Below the pieces are notes generated by a model. That model had not been told where the DNA came from. It worked only from the letters and a program-made list of their open reading frames with translations, and did no database searches. Of a DNA stretch of 59,697 bases, positions 1 to 42,128 are shown one piece after another. This stretch comes from Tubiluchus corallicola (taxonomy: Eukaryota > Animalia > Priapulida): contig JAQGDQ010001142.1 of NCBI GenBank assembly GCA_030141605.1, positions 1 through 59,697 on the forward strand, written 5' to 3'. A program made the translations under genes and the position numbers. Numbering within the stretch: position 1 is the first letter of the stretch; the number at the start of each line of letters is the position of its first letter.

Positions 1-364
1 AGGAAATTCTTTTAACGTGAGTATGATAAATGCTTAAGATTGCCTCTAATAGTTATAAGCTTTAGCAAGAATTTTCTGAAACTTGCTTTAACTAAGTCTT
101 CTCTTGTCTTTTAATTGTTACAAAATATAGAAAATATAAAGTGTATAGTCACTTATGAGACACCCTGTATAGAAGCACAATAGCAAGTCAGACAAACTTA
201 CACAACAAACTGGAAAGTTTCTGATTAAAAACGTAACAAATAAACAAATCTACTTTAATTCCTATTTAAATCATACGAACAAAAAAGTTAGTGGACAAAT
301 TCATCTGAAAGACATTCGAATTATTTCAGCAGTATAAAAATAAATAAGAGCATATATATCACAG

Positions 365-446
365 ATATTCACATATGAACTGCAGTAACATCGCCTACTG
401 AAAGCATATTCACATATGAACTGCAGTAACATCGCTTACTGTAAGC
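365..446. repeat. 41-bp tandem duplication in the NCLX 3' UTR
   Basis: atattcacatatgaactgcagtaacatcgc(c/t)tactg(a/t)aagc x2. Confidence 0.9.
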
Positions 447-454
447 AGTTCCTA

Positions 455-29682
<29,228 letters not shown>

Positions 29683-30126
29683 CACTCGTTTCCATAGTAA
29701 CCAATCATTTGAATCAAAAACAGATTAAAGTTCTAAGAATGCGGACCCACTTGTGCAGAGACAGACACTTTCACTTTTCATGCTGGAACAGCACCATCTG
29801 GAAATGGAAAATTAGCCTAACTTAAAAAAGCATCAAGCACAAAATGTAAAACAATTAAAAAGAGAATATTAATATAACAAAGTAAAATCAAATTAATGCA
29901 AAAAGTCTGAAGTTGAACTACAGATAAAATGACATTCATTGCATAAGCCTATTGGTAAAACTCAAAGGAAAGGTCTAGGCGGTTAGCCTTATATCAACGT
30001 TCGCGAAAAATGTTAGAAGCATTTAGTAATAAAACTGCAATAAGTGCCTCGTGTAACTAGAAAAATCGCTTTAGAGTCACGATCACTTTATCTTGGGCAC
30101 TCCCATTTTCAGTGTCCATTCTTCTT

Positions 30127-30139
30127 CCAATGACGTCAT
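30127..30139. promoter_or_regulatory. Palindromic CRE (TGACGTCA) overlapping CCAAT upstream of NCLX
   Basis: ccaatgacgtcat; TGACGTCA at 30131-30138. Confidence 0.35.
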
Positions 30140-30284
30140 TCGTCCTGAAGAAAAGTAGCGTCCTGGCAATCGTCATCAGAAGTATAATAAGTTTTTACAA
30201 AAAAATTAGATAGCTAATTTGTAATATTTTTGTGTCAACATTAGAGAAGCTGCGCAAGTTTGAATTAGTTTAAGCAGCACGTGC

Positions 30285-30460
30285 TTACGAAAAGCCACAA
30301 CGCGCTTACGGAAAGCCATGATGCGCTTATGGAAGGCCACGACGCACTTACGGAAAGCCACGACACGCTTACGGAAAGCCACAACACGCTTACGGAAAGC
30401 CATGATGCGCTTATGGAAGGCCACGACGCACTTATGGAAAGCCACGACGCACTTATGAAA
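30285..30460. repeat. 21-bp tandem repeat (~8 copies) inside a dispersed element
   Basis: gcttacggaaagccacgacgc units; flanks match 28250-28455. Confidence 0.9.
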
Positions 30461-31836
30461 AGTCTTCCAGTTACATCATGATTTTCAAACGAATGACGAC
30501 AACCACCATTCATTTCTATTCATAGGTAGTATATTTTAAATTTATGCTTTATAGCCGGTTTTTTACAAATTTCTCTGTTATATTTTTCTAAGTTTAAGTG
30601 ATAACAGTAAAACAAACAAAACATACTGAGTGACTTGTTATTTCCTTTAAAACACCAGACTTTATAAACATTATAAATAAATAAAACACTGATTACAAAC
30701 ATGATATGACGTTTCTTCGCTTTTTGGCTATTGTGTGCAAATGCACTAGTTTCGAGTAGGCAAGAATTTTTATAGATGGAGAGAGACCACTAGAACAGTT
30801 GAAACAAAGTTTACGCACAGTACCATTTGTTGACAATAAAATAAAAGACAAATATGCTTTTGTTACTTTAACTATACAATTCAAGTAGGTCCGTTTCATG
30901 TGTCAATAAACTTCACTAAAAGCAATTTTTAATCATACCTTTACAAAGAGTTCTATGCACACTACACAAATTCTACCACAAAAACGTAAAATGATTAAAC
31001 ACTTTTTGTACCAGTGGAACGCTCATCGTGTATACAAGCTGATCTGTTATCCTCTGTGATATTAACATAAGATACGACTAGCGGCTGCGATAGATACAAC
31101 TTTTATCATTAGTGCAGTACATTAAAACAACATTTTCAATTTGATCAAGCTTAAAGGGTTAATCTAGAGTCAGCAAAGCAAATATTGCACCGGGTCTGTA
31201 ATGAGTATAACACTGTTTATTGTACGCTTAGAAAATATAGGCATTAAATGGATACGTAAGTTGCTAAATAAAATTTTTCATTTGATGACTGCCCACTTCT
31301 TCAAAATAGAAATAATGATTTTAAATTCAAGAACTGGAAATGCGAAAGATTTAAATTCCACGAAACTGGAACAGCTTCTAAATCAGGAACTAGAGCTCAG
31401 TGTTAGCATGTCTGTTTTGGGTCTGGGAAGTCGTGAGTGTTGGGAAATCTCCTTAATCCTTGCTGAATTCATAACAACGATTTAAAAACTGGTACCGTTG
31501 TTTGTTTGTCCATTCATGTAGGTTTACAAAGTAACATGCTGATAATAACGACCTGGGAAATGAGTATTTAATACTTTACTTGCTATCTCTGGATTATGTA
31601 CTAAAAATATTATTGTTTCAAAGTTTTGAAAAATGATGCGGTAGGTTTTGCTAAAACATGCTATAAAGACCCGTGACAACAAGTGACTGGTGATCTGTAA
31701 TTCCACTTCAGTTGTTTGCATAACACTTATTATTATTATTATCATCATCATTATCATCATTATTATTATTATAACTCAGACATTTATTTATTCAGAAAAT
31801 ACATAATACAACTGTATAATTCAAACAAGCCATCTA

Positions 31837-32677
31837 TTTGCAGTGCACAGTCACAAAATTTACATAAATGCTAGAGATCAAACTTTAAAACATTTGCAGT
31901 GCATAATCGCAAAATTGACACAAATGCTAGAGATCAAACTTTAAAACATTGGCAGTGCATAGTCGCAAAATTTAGATAAATGCTAGAGATCGAACTTTAA
32001 AACATTTGCAGTGCACAGTCGCAAAATTTATATAAATGCTAGAGATCAAACTTTAAAACATTTGCAGTGCATAATCGCAAAATTGACACAAATGCTAGAG
32101 ATCAAACTGTAAAACATTTGCAGTGCACAGTCACAAAATTTAGATAAATGCTAGAGATCAAACTTTAAAATATTTGCAGTGCACAGTCGCAAAATTTACA
32201 TAAATGCTAGAGAACAAACTTTAAAACATTTGCAGTGCATAGTCGCAAAATTTACATAAATGCTAGAGATCAGACTTTAAAACATTTGCAGTGTACAGTC
32301 GCAAAATTTACATAAATGCTAGAGAACAAACTTTAAAACATTTGCAGTGCACAGTCGCAAAATTTATATAAATGCTAGAGATCAAACTTTAAAACATTTG
32401 CAGTGCACAGTCACAAAATTTACATAAATGCTAGAGATCAAACTTTAAAACATTTGCAGTGCACAGTCACAAAATTTACATAAATGCTAGAGATCAAACT
32501 TTAAAACATTTGCAGTGCATAATCGCAAAATTGACACAAATGCTAGAGATCAAACTTTAAAACATTTGCAGTGCACAGTCACAAAATTTAGATAAATGCT
32601 AGAGATCAAACTTTAAAACATTTGCAGTGCATAGTCGCAAAATTTACATAAATGCTAGAGATCAGACTTTAAAACAT
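31837..32677. repeat. 56-bp tandem array, ~15 copies
   Basis: tttgcagtgcacagtcacaaaatttacataaatgctagagatcaaactttaaaaca. Confidence 0.97.
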
Positions 32678-33483
32678 CACAATATACTTTGAAACACAAA
32701 GATTTTTGCAAGTAGACTTATAGCACGTATACTTAATCTAATTGCAAGATTCTAATTACAATTGCTATTTTTTCAAGCATAACTTTCCAATAATTAGCTT
32801 TTAGCTTTATTGCACGTATATTAAACAGATACTACACATTTTACTGTAAGTCACTATATAGTCAGTATATAGTCTATTAGTCAATTGATCGATCACCAAC
32901 TGAGAATCGTACCCCCAAACTGAATGTGTTCTTGACACAGTGTCTTACCAAGTTGTCTACTCGACAACTTGACTTTATAAGAAACACTTGATGACTTTTC
33001 TTAGTGAAATTTTAAACTTAAGATTTATTAAGAAGGTAAACAACAACAAGGTATTTTAAAAGACATTTAAGTTTTATATTATGAAATTTTTCACATTTTC
33101 CGCATTTTCACATTCTAGTTAAACTACATTTGTCTTGTTGGCATGGGATATATAGAGTTCAGCTTAAATTTCCCGCTAATCCATTTACTGCTGATTCCGA
33201 AGTTATTATACACACGTTTTTCAAAGAAAGTTCAATAGTTCAACAATTTATTATTACTTCCACACCACTGGTAAGCTAAGAAAAGGGGGTGTTACTTCAA
33301 AATTTTTACCATTGTTTTAATATTGTGAAATAAATGATATATACATATTTCCTAGGGATGCAAGGAGGCCACGATTAAATTATCTAAATTTTCTGTTAAA
33401 TAAAATAACTGAAAAAGCTATGAATTAAAGAACATAGATGGAAGCATGATAATCATCCGTAACTCCACTTTATCACATTCAAC

Positions 33484-34020
33484 TAAACTCTGCATAACTT
33501 AAAGAATTTCAGCAGAATGGATGAAATCCTTCCTTTTTCATACAAAAAAGCATCGCTTAACTCAAAACATATAACTCAAAATATCGCCTAACTCAAATAA
33601 AAAACTATGGTCCATTTAATCAAAATACATGTAATGTACTTCACCTAATTCAAAGATGCAATTTATCCTCTAGAAAAATAAAGTTTCGTAAAACTCAAAA
33701 ACAGTATCGTCTTCCAGGAAAATTCTGATGTTTTACGCATCGAGCCCCCCGATTATTTCCTCCGGGATTGATCTTTCTGGGACAGTCTCAGTCGGCTACT
33801 ACGTAGTAACACTATAACACTAATCATGTTTCACTACATAATTTGTCATTCTTTACGTAATTGTCATCAAATCTTGTCGTTTATGTATAGAAGGGCTGAC
33901 TTTCTGCCTTGTATTTAGCTCGCTGTCTAAAGGAGGGGTTTAGAGTTAGTGCTGGAAAATGGTTAACATCGCCTAACTCAAAGTTTTTTTCAGTCCGGTT
34001 GAAGTATGCAGAGTTTACTG
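33484..34020. mobile_element. Tc1/mariner-type MITE
   Basis: TIR taaactctgcata / tatgcagagttta(ctg) then TA; internal repeated atcgcctaactcaaa. Confidence 0.65.
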
Positions 34021-37000
34021 TATATGGTACACACGTTTTTTAAGTACAACACACGCAGAATCAGAGAGAAATGCTACTTGCGCAACAGGGTTGGTACTGC
34101 ATGAGCGACAGTGCTTTCTCTACCTGGCGTGCAGCTTCTTAACTCGGACATATGCGCATGGCCGATTGCGTACAACTAAATACCTCGTTGCTGGAGTTGT
34201 GAAGTGCACAGTTCTGTACAAGGATTTGCAAGTATGTACAAGTATAAAGAAAGAATTAAAGAAAAGTCTCATTATATGGAATGTTATTGGTATTATTCAC
34301 ACACAAGTTCCACAGTGCCTATCATGAGCGCCACTGTACAATACACATAGTTGTTCTAGAAGTACGGTAAAAAGACTTTAGTTAACTAGCACATGCACAA
34401 TAATTATTTCGATGCATGCAGTTTGATCTAAAAGCATAGCTTGACAGTTAAGTAATTGTTCATAACTGCTCACTGACATTGCTGTTACTAATACACTGTG
34501 ATCACTTTCAGACTGATTTGGCAAATTACATAACAACACTTAAAAATATATTATGCAATTATAATGTAAAATTAAAGCAAGATTCAGCAGTTCAGAGAGA
34601 GAGCAAACAAGTTATTACTACTTTGCAATAAAAGTAGCAGATGAAATGCTGGTTAAATTTGCCAGGGCAAGCTGTGCATAACACTTAGCAACAATTGAAA
34701 GAGTTACCCAAAAACTCTGGAAAGGATGAGAAATCATCTTAAATAAAAAATAAACTTGGTTTTATGAATAATAAATGTGGACAACCGAAATAACATATAT
34801 TGATTGGTCTCTGAAAACTCTATGTTGGACAGTTGTGTCCCAGTGTATCACAATGCCACACCCCCCCTTGCAAGTATCAAGCCACTGGCTGGTACATGGC
34901 AAAGTGGAACACTGCAAGGTGGTAGCGTACACAGCTCCGCAGTACAGAGTGAGGCAGCGTATGGGAATGTCGAGCAAGCGTGAAGTCCCACGTAGTATTT
35001 TATTGTATGCAGGCTGTTTGTAAACTGATGAGATAATGTCACGAACGAAAAATACTGCCCAGTAAGTTGCACTATGTTATTGTTATACATATTGTTTACT
35101 ACACTATTGATGTTTTTCTTACTTACTACTAATTTCTTCCTCATCACATTGGGCACTTCAAATCTCTTTGAAGCTTAAAAGAAATGATGATGCACAAATT
35201 ACAAATTTAATAAAAAAGAAAACAAAATTGAAGTTTTAGATCACGTTGCCAGTGCAGACAGAAGCAATAACAGAAACTTACGAACACGTCAAGTAGAAAT
35301 CAATAATTTCCGCTGCTGCTGAAGCTAGAAAAGAAGCCTTTTTCAAAGACCATGATATCTGTCAATAGTAACTTTGGTCACTCAATATTTTGTATAACGA
35401 GTCTTTAAAATTCTGACAATATTATTAAAAAAATATAAATTATATATATATATTGAAATAGACGTAAATTTGATCGTACATATTTATGTCAACAAAAAGT
35501 TCATGTTCATTTCCGAAACATATTTGCATGTTTTTGACACACCTAAATTACAATTGCTAATACATATAGTTGCACTGCATAACGTTCTGCGAAACCTATC
35601 ACAACGAATAAAATATTCACAACTTTGTGATGCCATTTGGCAACAAAGTTAAGCAATGCCTAGCTGCAAATGGCTCTGTAAAATGGGTTGGTGACCTGAG
35701 AACAAACTGGATCCAAAAGTTTTAAATGTGGTGGGACTATTTACAGTAATTTCCTTAATTGAGAGAGTAAATGTACCCGTACCAAATGTGGCAATTCAAT
35801 GGATTGTCTCAGAGTTTATCAGTTTGTCTTCATTGTTTAGTATTGTATACAGGATGACAATACTTGAACTGATATCACAGCTGTTAGTACTAGGAAAGAT
35901 GGCACTAAGTGGCTGAATACTGACATGTGGTGATATAAAAAAGAATTTTTAGATATGGAATATTTACTGCATTTTAGACATATTTCGTTTTTTAGCAAAC
36001 TATGTCATAAATTTCTACTATTCACACTAATTTACAGCAGTAAGTACCACAGTAGTGTGTGATGATGCCGCCTAGTGGCGTGAAAAGCAATGATTGCCTT
36101 TATTGGTTTCCTGCATTGCAGTGCCACCTATTGGACAGTGTAAAAAACTGTAAATTTGATCTTTGCTCACAGCAGAACAATATCAGGAAAAAGTCTGCTG
36201 CGACGGTTCAAAGTTCAGCCTTTGAGATCATATTTTACACTGAATTACTGAACCACTAGAGAGGCGTGTAGCTCTCTATTTACATTGATAACAACTTGGA
36301 AAACTGAACAGCAGCATGACCTATAATCAAATAAAATGTAGGTAACATCTGGTATTTACTCACAATCAAGCAATGTGAATTATGCACAAGTTCACACATG
36401 CTCAAATGCACACACACGCACACAGGCAGGCGTACACAAGCACGCGCATTCACGCGTGCACTCATGCGCGCACACACACACCATTGACTTAAATGCCATG
36501 CTAGGGGCAGAAAAAGACTGCAAGCTTCCGCGAGGCTAAGAATCTCTTTTTTGAGCACTTGTGGCATTTCAATCTATGCACATAAACATAGCAAGACTTG
36601 AGCTACATAATTTCAACCAGGACATTGGAAACTCTTGTAATTTGGTGCACTAATCACATGGACACTAAGATAAAGGCAGTGAAGTCACAAATAAGAGACA
36701 CAACATCGTTAAATTTAAACCACCACATCAACAACAGCCAGGAAACCACTAATAAATATCCATCAAGTACAGCTGTAATAACTGCTTGGTAATTTGTAAA
36801 AATTAATGGCAAGAGACTAGCTTCAAATATTATAAATAGACCAATGAAAAATAAAACCTTTATTGAAAGCAGTTTTAGGTAAACCTTGACGATGATTTAA
36901 ATATACCAGAACAATAGCCATCTAAACATTTATTCTGCAATGTTCTAAAAAATTGAATATGGAAACATGGACAACCAAAATCTCAGTTTAGAAGAGAACA

Positions 37001-37489
37001 AGACGACAAATTTATGAATTCTAAATGGTAATAAAAGTCCCACTAAATGCCACGACTATTACAATCATACATCACCACGAGTATATTACATGATAGTACT
37101 TGATAGTCTGTTAACACTTTTGCTGCTGGAGAATGAACTCAACAGTCTTCTCTGGCATGACACGATCCACTATAAGATGTTAGATTGCAATATGCACTTA
37201 GTATTGTTGTAAAAGTACTCTCATTGCTGACAGAATGTATAGGCAGCTGTCAGATTAGCAGTTGTACTTGTGTAGTTGTATAAATAGTTCTGGCTGGTAC
37301 AGGTGCAGAAGAAACCCAGCCATAAAACTGCACCTTCATTTGTCAAAAAATATACATTGTTGTAAACAAAGCCAGGCAGAACATTGCAAAGATAGCGGAT
37401 GCAGTTGCACAGATTCAACCTACTTCACAAATTTCATTCCAAGACGAACTACTTGCAAAGCAAACGGGTGAAGATACAGTTTACACAAG

Positions 37490-38998
37490 CTATGTTAATG
37501 TTTTTGTGTATGATTGCCTGTCTCTGTGATGCCTTACAGGTGCACTTTGGCTACCACCAGAATTAGACGGATAACTTGGTGCGGTACCGTAGCCAGGTGG
37601 AGGGTAATTTGCAGCTGGTGACGGATATTGATATTGACTATAGTCGTAGTACTGCCCGGTTGATGGCGGCGGATAATTAGGAGGTGTGCTATACTGAACC
37701 GATGGTTGCCCATATGCATAACCTACAGTCGCTGCAACTGGCTGAGCACCTGCGGGTGTTACGTGAGGTTGCGGTGGAGGATACACCTGGTGTGGCGCAC
37801 TTGCTGCAACAGCTCCGGATAACACAGTTTGTATTGCTTCGGGTCCTTGAGAATAGGCAGCTCCACCACTGAACATGTACGACGACATGGATGACTGAGA
37901 TATGTTATACGGATTGAATGTCTCTATTGCAGCTGGATGTGCTTGAGATGGTGGCTCTTTGGGTGCAGCCTTTTTAGCAGTTTTTGAGGGAATGTTACTG
38001 CTAGTCACTGTAGATATTGGCTGGCCCTTTGTAACAGAAGACACAACCGGAATTTGCTTTTGTTTTTGGGATGTTGCGGATTGTGCCGGTTCGGTGGTAC
38101 CTCCCGGTCTGGGTTTCACCTTTGCAGGCTGAGTGGACACTGGAGCGGGTTGCTCAGCTGCTTTTGTTATTTTACCTGGAGTCAAGTGAGGCGGTAGAGT
38201 GTTCGGCCGACGCTTCAGTGCCTGTGGAGTCCGCGGTGGACTTTGCTGTGCTGCCTCGTCAGCTTGCTTGGCTGAAGAGTATAAATCCAACACTTCGTGG
38301 CATATATCTTCTAATAAATCCATTGACAAATTTTCTACGTACTGGTCCCACCACTTGCCCTTGAAAGCCGGATCCTTTCCTTGCCAATCAGCTATCTCGA
38401 GTTTGCAAAGTCGAGAAGCTAGGTACATAAGCGCTATAGCTATCAGCTCGGGTTCCCACTGTAAACACAATGTTGTGCACAAGCTGTCGTTCACAAACGT
38501 CCACGCCATTTGTACCATCTTCTGCAGCTTCTGTTTGTCGGTCTTAAATCCCTTTGCATACTTCAGCAGGTAGGCATATGGATGGTCGACTTGTAAATCA
38601 AATTTAATAGTTTGCAGCAGAATTCTCTCTAATGTCATCACCTCTTCCTTCTGATCGTCACCAAACTGGGCAAATTGATTATCACTTAGCAGTGATCTCG
38701 CGGTTTTGATGATGTCTTTGCATTTTTTCGGTGTCTCCTCTACCTTTCCAGCCAAGAAGAGGCAACATGCTGCAGTGACGTATCGTGGAAAATCTTTGAA
38801 TGAATGAAACATGTAGAACCTGTGAAAGTAGACGACTCCAGAAGCCATGGTGTTATACCGAAGTCCAAGATGCGTTCCGCAGTTGATGATAAATCGAGCT
38901 CCTTCTCTTCTATAGCGACTTTCAGTCTCACCATCGATTCCGTCTCTGTAAGACGGCGTATTGGCCAGCTCTTTCTTATCAAAAAACCAGCAAGGCAT
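37490..38998 (-). CDS. CCNK: Cyclin K, 502 aa, single coding exon
   Basis: [16 protein letters not shown]...[10 protein letters not shown]...[41 protein letters not shown]...[21 protein letters not shown]...[22 protein letters not shown]; Pro/Tyr/Gln-rich tail; AATAAA on minus strand at 36864-36859. Confidence 0.97.
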   Translation of the reverse strand: MPCWFFDKKELANTPSYRDGIDGETESRYRREGARFIINCGTHLGLRYNTMASGVVYFHRFYMFHSFKDFPRYVTAACCLFLAGKVEETPKKCKDIIKTARSLLSDNQFAQFGDDQKEEVMTLERILLQTIKFDLQVDHPYAYLLKYAKGFKTDKQKLQKMVQMAWTFVNDSLCTTLCLQWEPELIAIALMYLASRLCKLEIADWQGKDPAFKGKWWDQYVENLSMDLLEDICHEVLDLYSSAKQADEAAQQSPPRTPQALKRRPNTLPPHLTPGKITKAAEQPAPVSTQPAKVKPRPGGTTEPAQSATSQKQKQIPVVSSVTKGQPISTVTSSNIPSKTAKKAAPKEPPSQAHPAAIETFNPYNISQSSMSSYMFSGGAAYSQGPEAIQTVLSGAVAASAPHQVYPPPQPHVTPAGAQPVAATVGYAYGQPSVQYSTPPNYPPPSTGQYYDYSQYQYPSPAANYPPPGYGTAPSYPSNSGGSQSAPVRHHRDRQSYTKTLT

Positions 38999-39250
38999 TT
39001 CTATAATTCGTTGTTCTTGAGGCTTTAACGGTATTTTCAGTCATCAACTGAAGTCGCCAAATGATGTTGCATCGTCAAATGAATTCTCTGTTTCCATTTG
39101 AAATGACAAACAGTCAGAGATTACTGCTAGTTGTGTGAACTGAAAATGGAAAAGAATGCAGTTAGTCAGCTGTTACACACCCACAGTTTTCACATACCTG
39201 GCCACAGACAACATACTGCAGCTTACTAAAATGGTACTTCACAATAAATA

Positions 39251-39500
39251 ATGAGAAATTTGAAATGCCCCTCATTGAGATTTCGAAGGAAAAGAAGTGA
39301 TTTGATCCTGATGTTTCGTATCAAGAACAATCTGACTATACTACAAACTGGTCGTTATTTTCCTAATAATATACGAGGTACTGCATATAAAGATATTAAG
39401 CCCAGATGCAGAAACAGGAATAGGTTCAGAACTGTCAATGATTGGAATTCGTTAAATACTAAGGTACGGTGTGCCACTGATGCTTCACACTTTAGTCACG
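39251..39500 (+). mobile_element. CR1/L2-type LINE 3' fragment
   Basis: LRFRRKRSDLILMFRI...RTVNDWNSL resembles the CR1/L2 ORF2 C-terminus. Confidence 0.7.
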
Positions 39501-40349
39501 AATGGATCGGTATTAGAAAAACCATCCTGAAATGTATTACGACCCATTTCAGCCTGAATGGACCTTATTGGTGGAGAATTAAAGACTCCCGCCTGACTAT
39601 ACACCACAGTGTTTAACTGGATCCACAACATTATGTATACGATTAAGTATTGCAACAATGGGCAAAAAGCTGTTAGCTTCGCCCTGATCGAAGGTAATTT
39701 ATATTACTTTGTTCTTCTATATTACTGCAATATTGTCTTCTACTTGAAGTATCATGCAAACAAGAACGTGTACTACACTAGTATTCTACTTTTTGTTTCA
39801 TCCACAATTACAAAAACAATCACAACAGTACACGATGCAACAAAACGTAATTTCCTACTGCAAGAAGAGGATGTACCAAACATACCATACTGAGGAAAGC
39901 GTAATAGAGGTACCGACGAGATAGAAATTTGTTTCACTACATTTATCGAATTCAGTGCAATACAAATGATTTTTACTTGCGCTGACAGTAATACTTTCAA
40001 AAAACATTTAGTCCAAACTTAATTTGCACTTAACCACATAGCAGTACAATGGCAAATCTGATGATAAAAAACTTCTGTGGAATTTTACTCAATTCAACAA
40101 ATTTATTTGTCCCTTTGCCTTATGCAATAAAGTACATTACAAAAACATTGATTAGTAAATAAAATTAGAGACAGGGTGCAGAAAGACCAGAGGTCACCTA
40201 AGCAGCCGCCCCTAGATTAGTATAAAAAATTTTAAATTTAATGGCAAGTTTTTCATGAACATTAAACATTCATAGCTGCAGGATTATTATTTATAGATGT
40301 CTTTACGTTATACTTATATTAAATATGAAATCATATCATTAATACTATA

Positions 40350-40426
40350 GATCGTTTTTTCTCGACTGTGCAGTACTGTACTATAGTAATTATAATACAG
40401 TACTGCACAGTCGAGAAAAAACGATC
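40350..40426. repeat. 31-bp perfect inverted repeat
   Basis: gatcgttttttctcgactgtgcagtactgta / tacagtactgcacagtcgagaaaaaacgatc, 15-nt partly paired spacer. Confidence 0.95.
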
Positions 40427-41659
40427 CCTTATTAATTAGTATTTTACTATTTATTCTGCGGTCGATTTTTTTACTGAACAATATTATTGTAAAACTCCAG
40501 TCAAAACCTTGCATAGTAATTAAGCTTGCATTCGGGAAATATAAACTAAACCAAACAATGACAGAAAAAAAACTCAAAAAATAAAGATGATTATAAACAT
40601 ACGAAAACAATAAAATAGACATAATGAACATTTTAACAATACACTAAATTTACACTTCAAACAACAAAAAAGAAAAGCAATAAGCAGATACCTAACAAGC
40701 TTAGAACTCATTTCATCTAGCTGGTCTTGAAAATTTGCACCTAATAGCAGGAGCAAAAGAGATCGACTAAAACTGTAAACTCTGCTAGAAATATCCTGAA
40801 GTTCTGAGCATGGCAATGCGGGAAATCATTTAACAACATCGTCTATAAAGACTGCGAAGCCGTTTTCTTGAAAAAGTAGAGAAACTCTAACGACTAGCAC
40901 TAATCAAGAAATATCAATTTGAAAAAAATGACTAGATGGTTTTGCTTTTCATAGATATATTACTTTTGTGGTGGAAAAAATGCTCTGTTTTGCATTAAAT
41001 TTTAAGAAAACACACCATGTTGTACTACTATAATCGAAAATTTAATACTTGTAAGATAAAAATCGTCAATCCCAGCACTAGAGCCATTGGCAATTCATAA
41101 AATCACTTATTAAGTGAAAAAACAAAAAGTATCTCTTCTCTGGCATCCATAAATCATTCGTGATCATCAATCTGAGCCGGCAGATTGTAGATAATAAACT
41201 TGTACTGTGGATATGCAAACAATTTTTTATGAGGAGATGGCAATCTTTTCCGCAGTCATTCTAAAAATAAAGATGTTGTCTGGGTAAGCCTCCACTAGTA
41301 GCCTTTTCTCAAGGTGCACTTCTGTTTGCAGCTTTACACATGACTTTGCAAGCTACCTCTGTCTCACTTCAGACCTATAGCAAGCCAGTAGGGTGTGAAT
41401 TTATGCTGGCCAAGGATTGATGCTCATCCCAGCTCCTCTGTATCATTCAGTCATTCCACACTGATAATGAAAGACGTTGCACAATTTAACTGTGCCTTTC
41501 CAGAGTTCTCCAGTAACTACAGCAGTGCAAAGCATGGGTTCATACTTCCAGTCCTCTGTTTAGCATCATTTTTGCTACTCTAGCAGCTTTTCCTCAGAGG
41601 ATGTATACCTCCATACTCCACATGTTGGCTGACCTAAAGCCACCTCGACTGCCAGCAAA

Positions 41660-41790
41660 TATGCAGGACTTTGTAATACTTTGCTGACTATACTCACAAG
41701 AGAGTTTCCCCTGGAGTTCTTGCAATCATTTTTGTTGCCTTTGTCTTTATATAGTGTAACTATGTAATTTATACTCAGCGAGAGTTGGTG
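41660..41790 (-). mobile_element. RTE-like LINE reverse transcriptase fragment
   Basis: IVTLYKDKGNKNDCKNSRGNSLVSIVSKVL matches RT N-terminal motif IVTLYK.KG...DC.NYRGISLLSI.GKV. Confidence 0.8.
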
Positions 41791-42128
41791 AGAGCTCTTG
41801 CACAAGTTGACACTCTCAAAGTGAAGTTGCCAAGCCATCCATATGTACGAGTTTACACTCAGAGAGAAGTTGCACAACAAGTTCTATGCATGAACTTGCC
41901 ATTAGAAGCTGTAGTTCCAAACTACATATCATTATTCCATTCATTTGGCTGAGACATCACCAAGTATTATGATGTCACGAGAATTTGCACAATTGCAAAT
42001 CCTTATCAGAGCTGTAGAACAATGTGATTTTTTCAGAACAAACGTAATGTGCCTTTCTCCCACTAAACCAATTAGCCGTTAGAAATTTAAAATTTTGGTG
42101 CATTTTATGATTTAAAACCATAGTTACC

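Noticed and set aside
37534-39028. Alternative-frame and antisense ORFs over Cyclin K
   Set aside because: Shadow ORFs of a GC-richer CDS with no recognisable motifs
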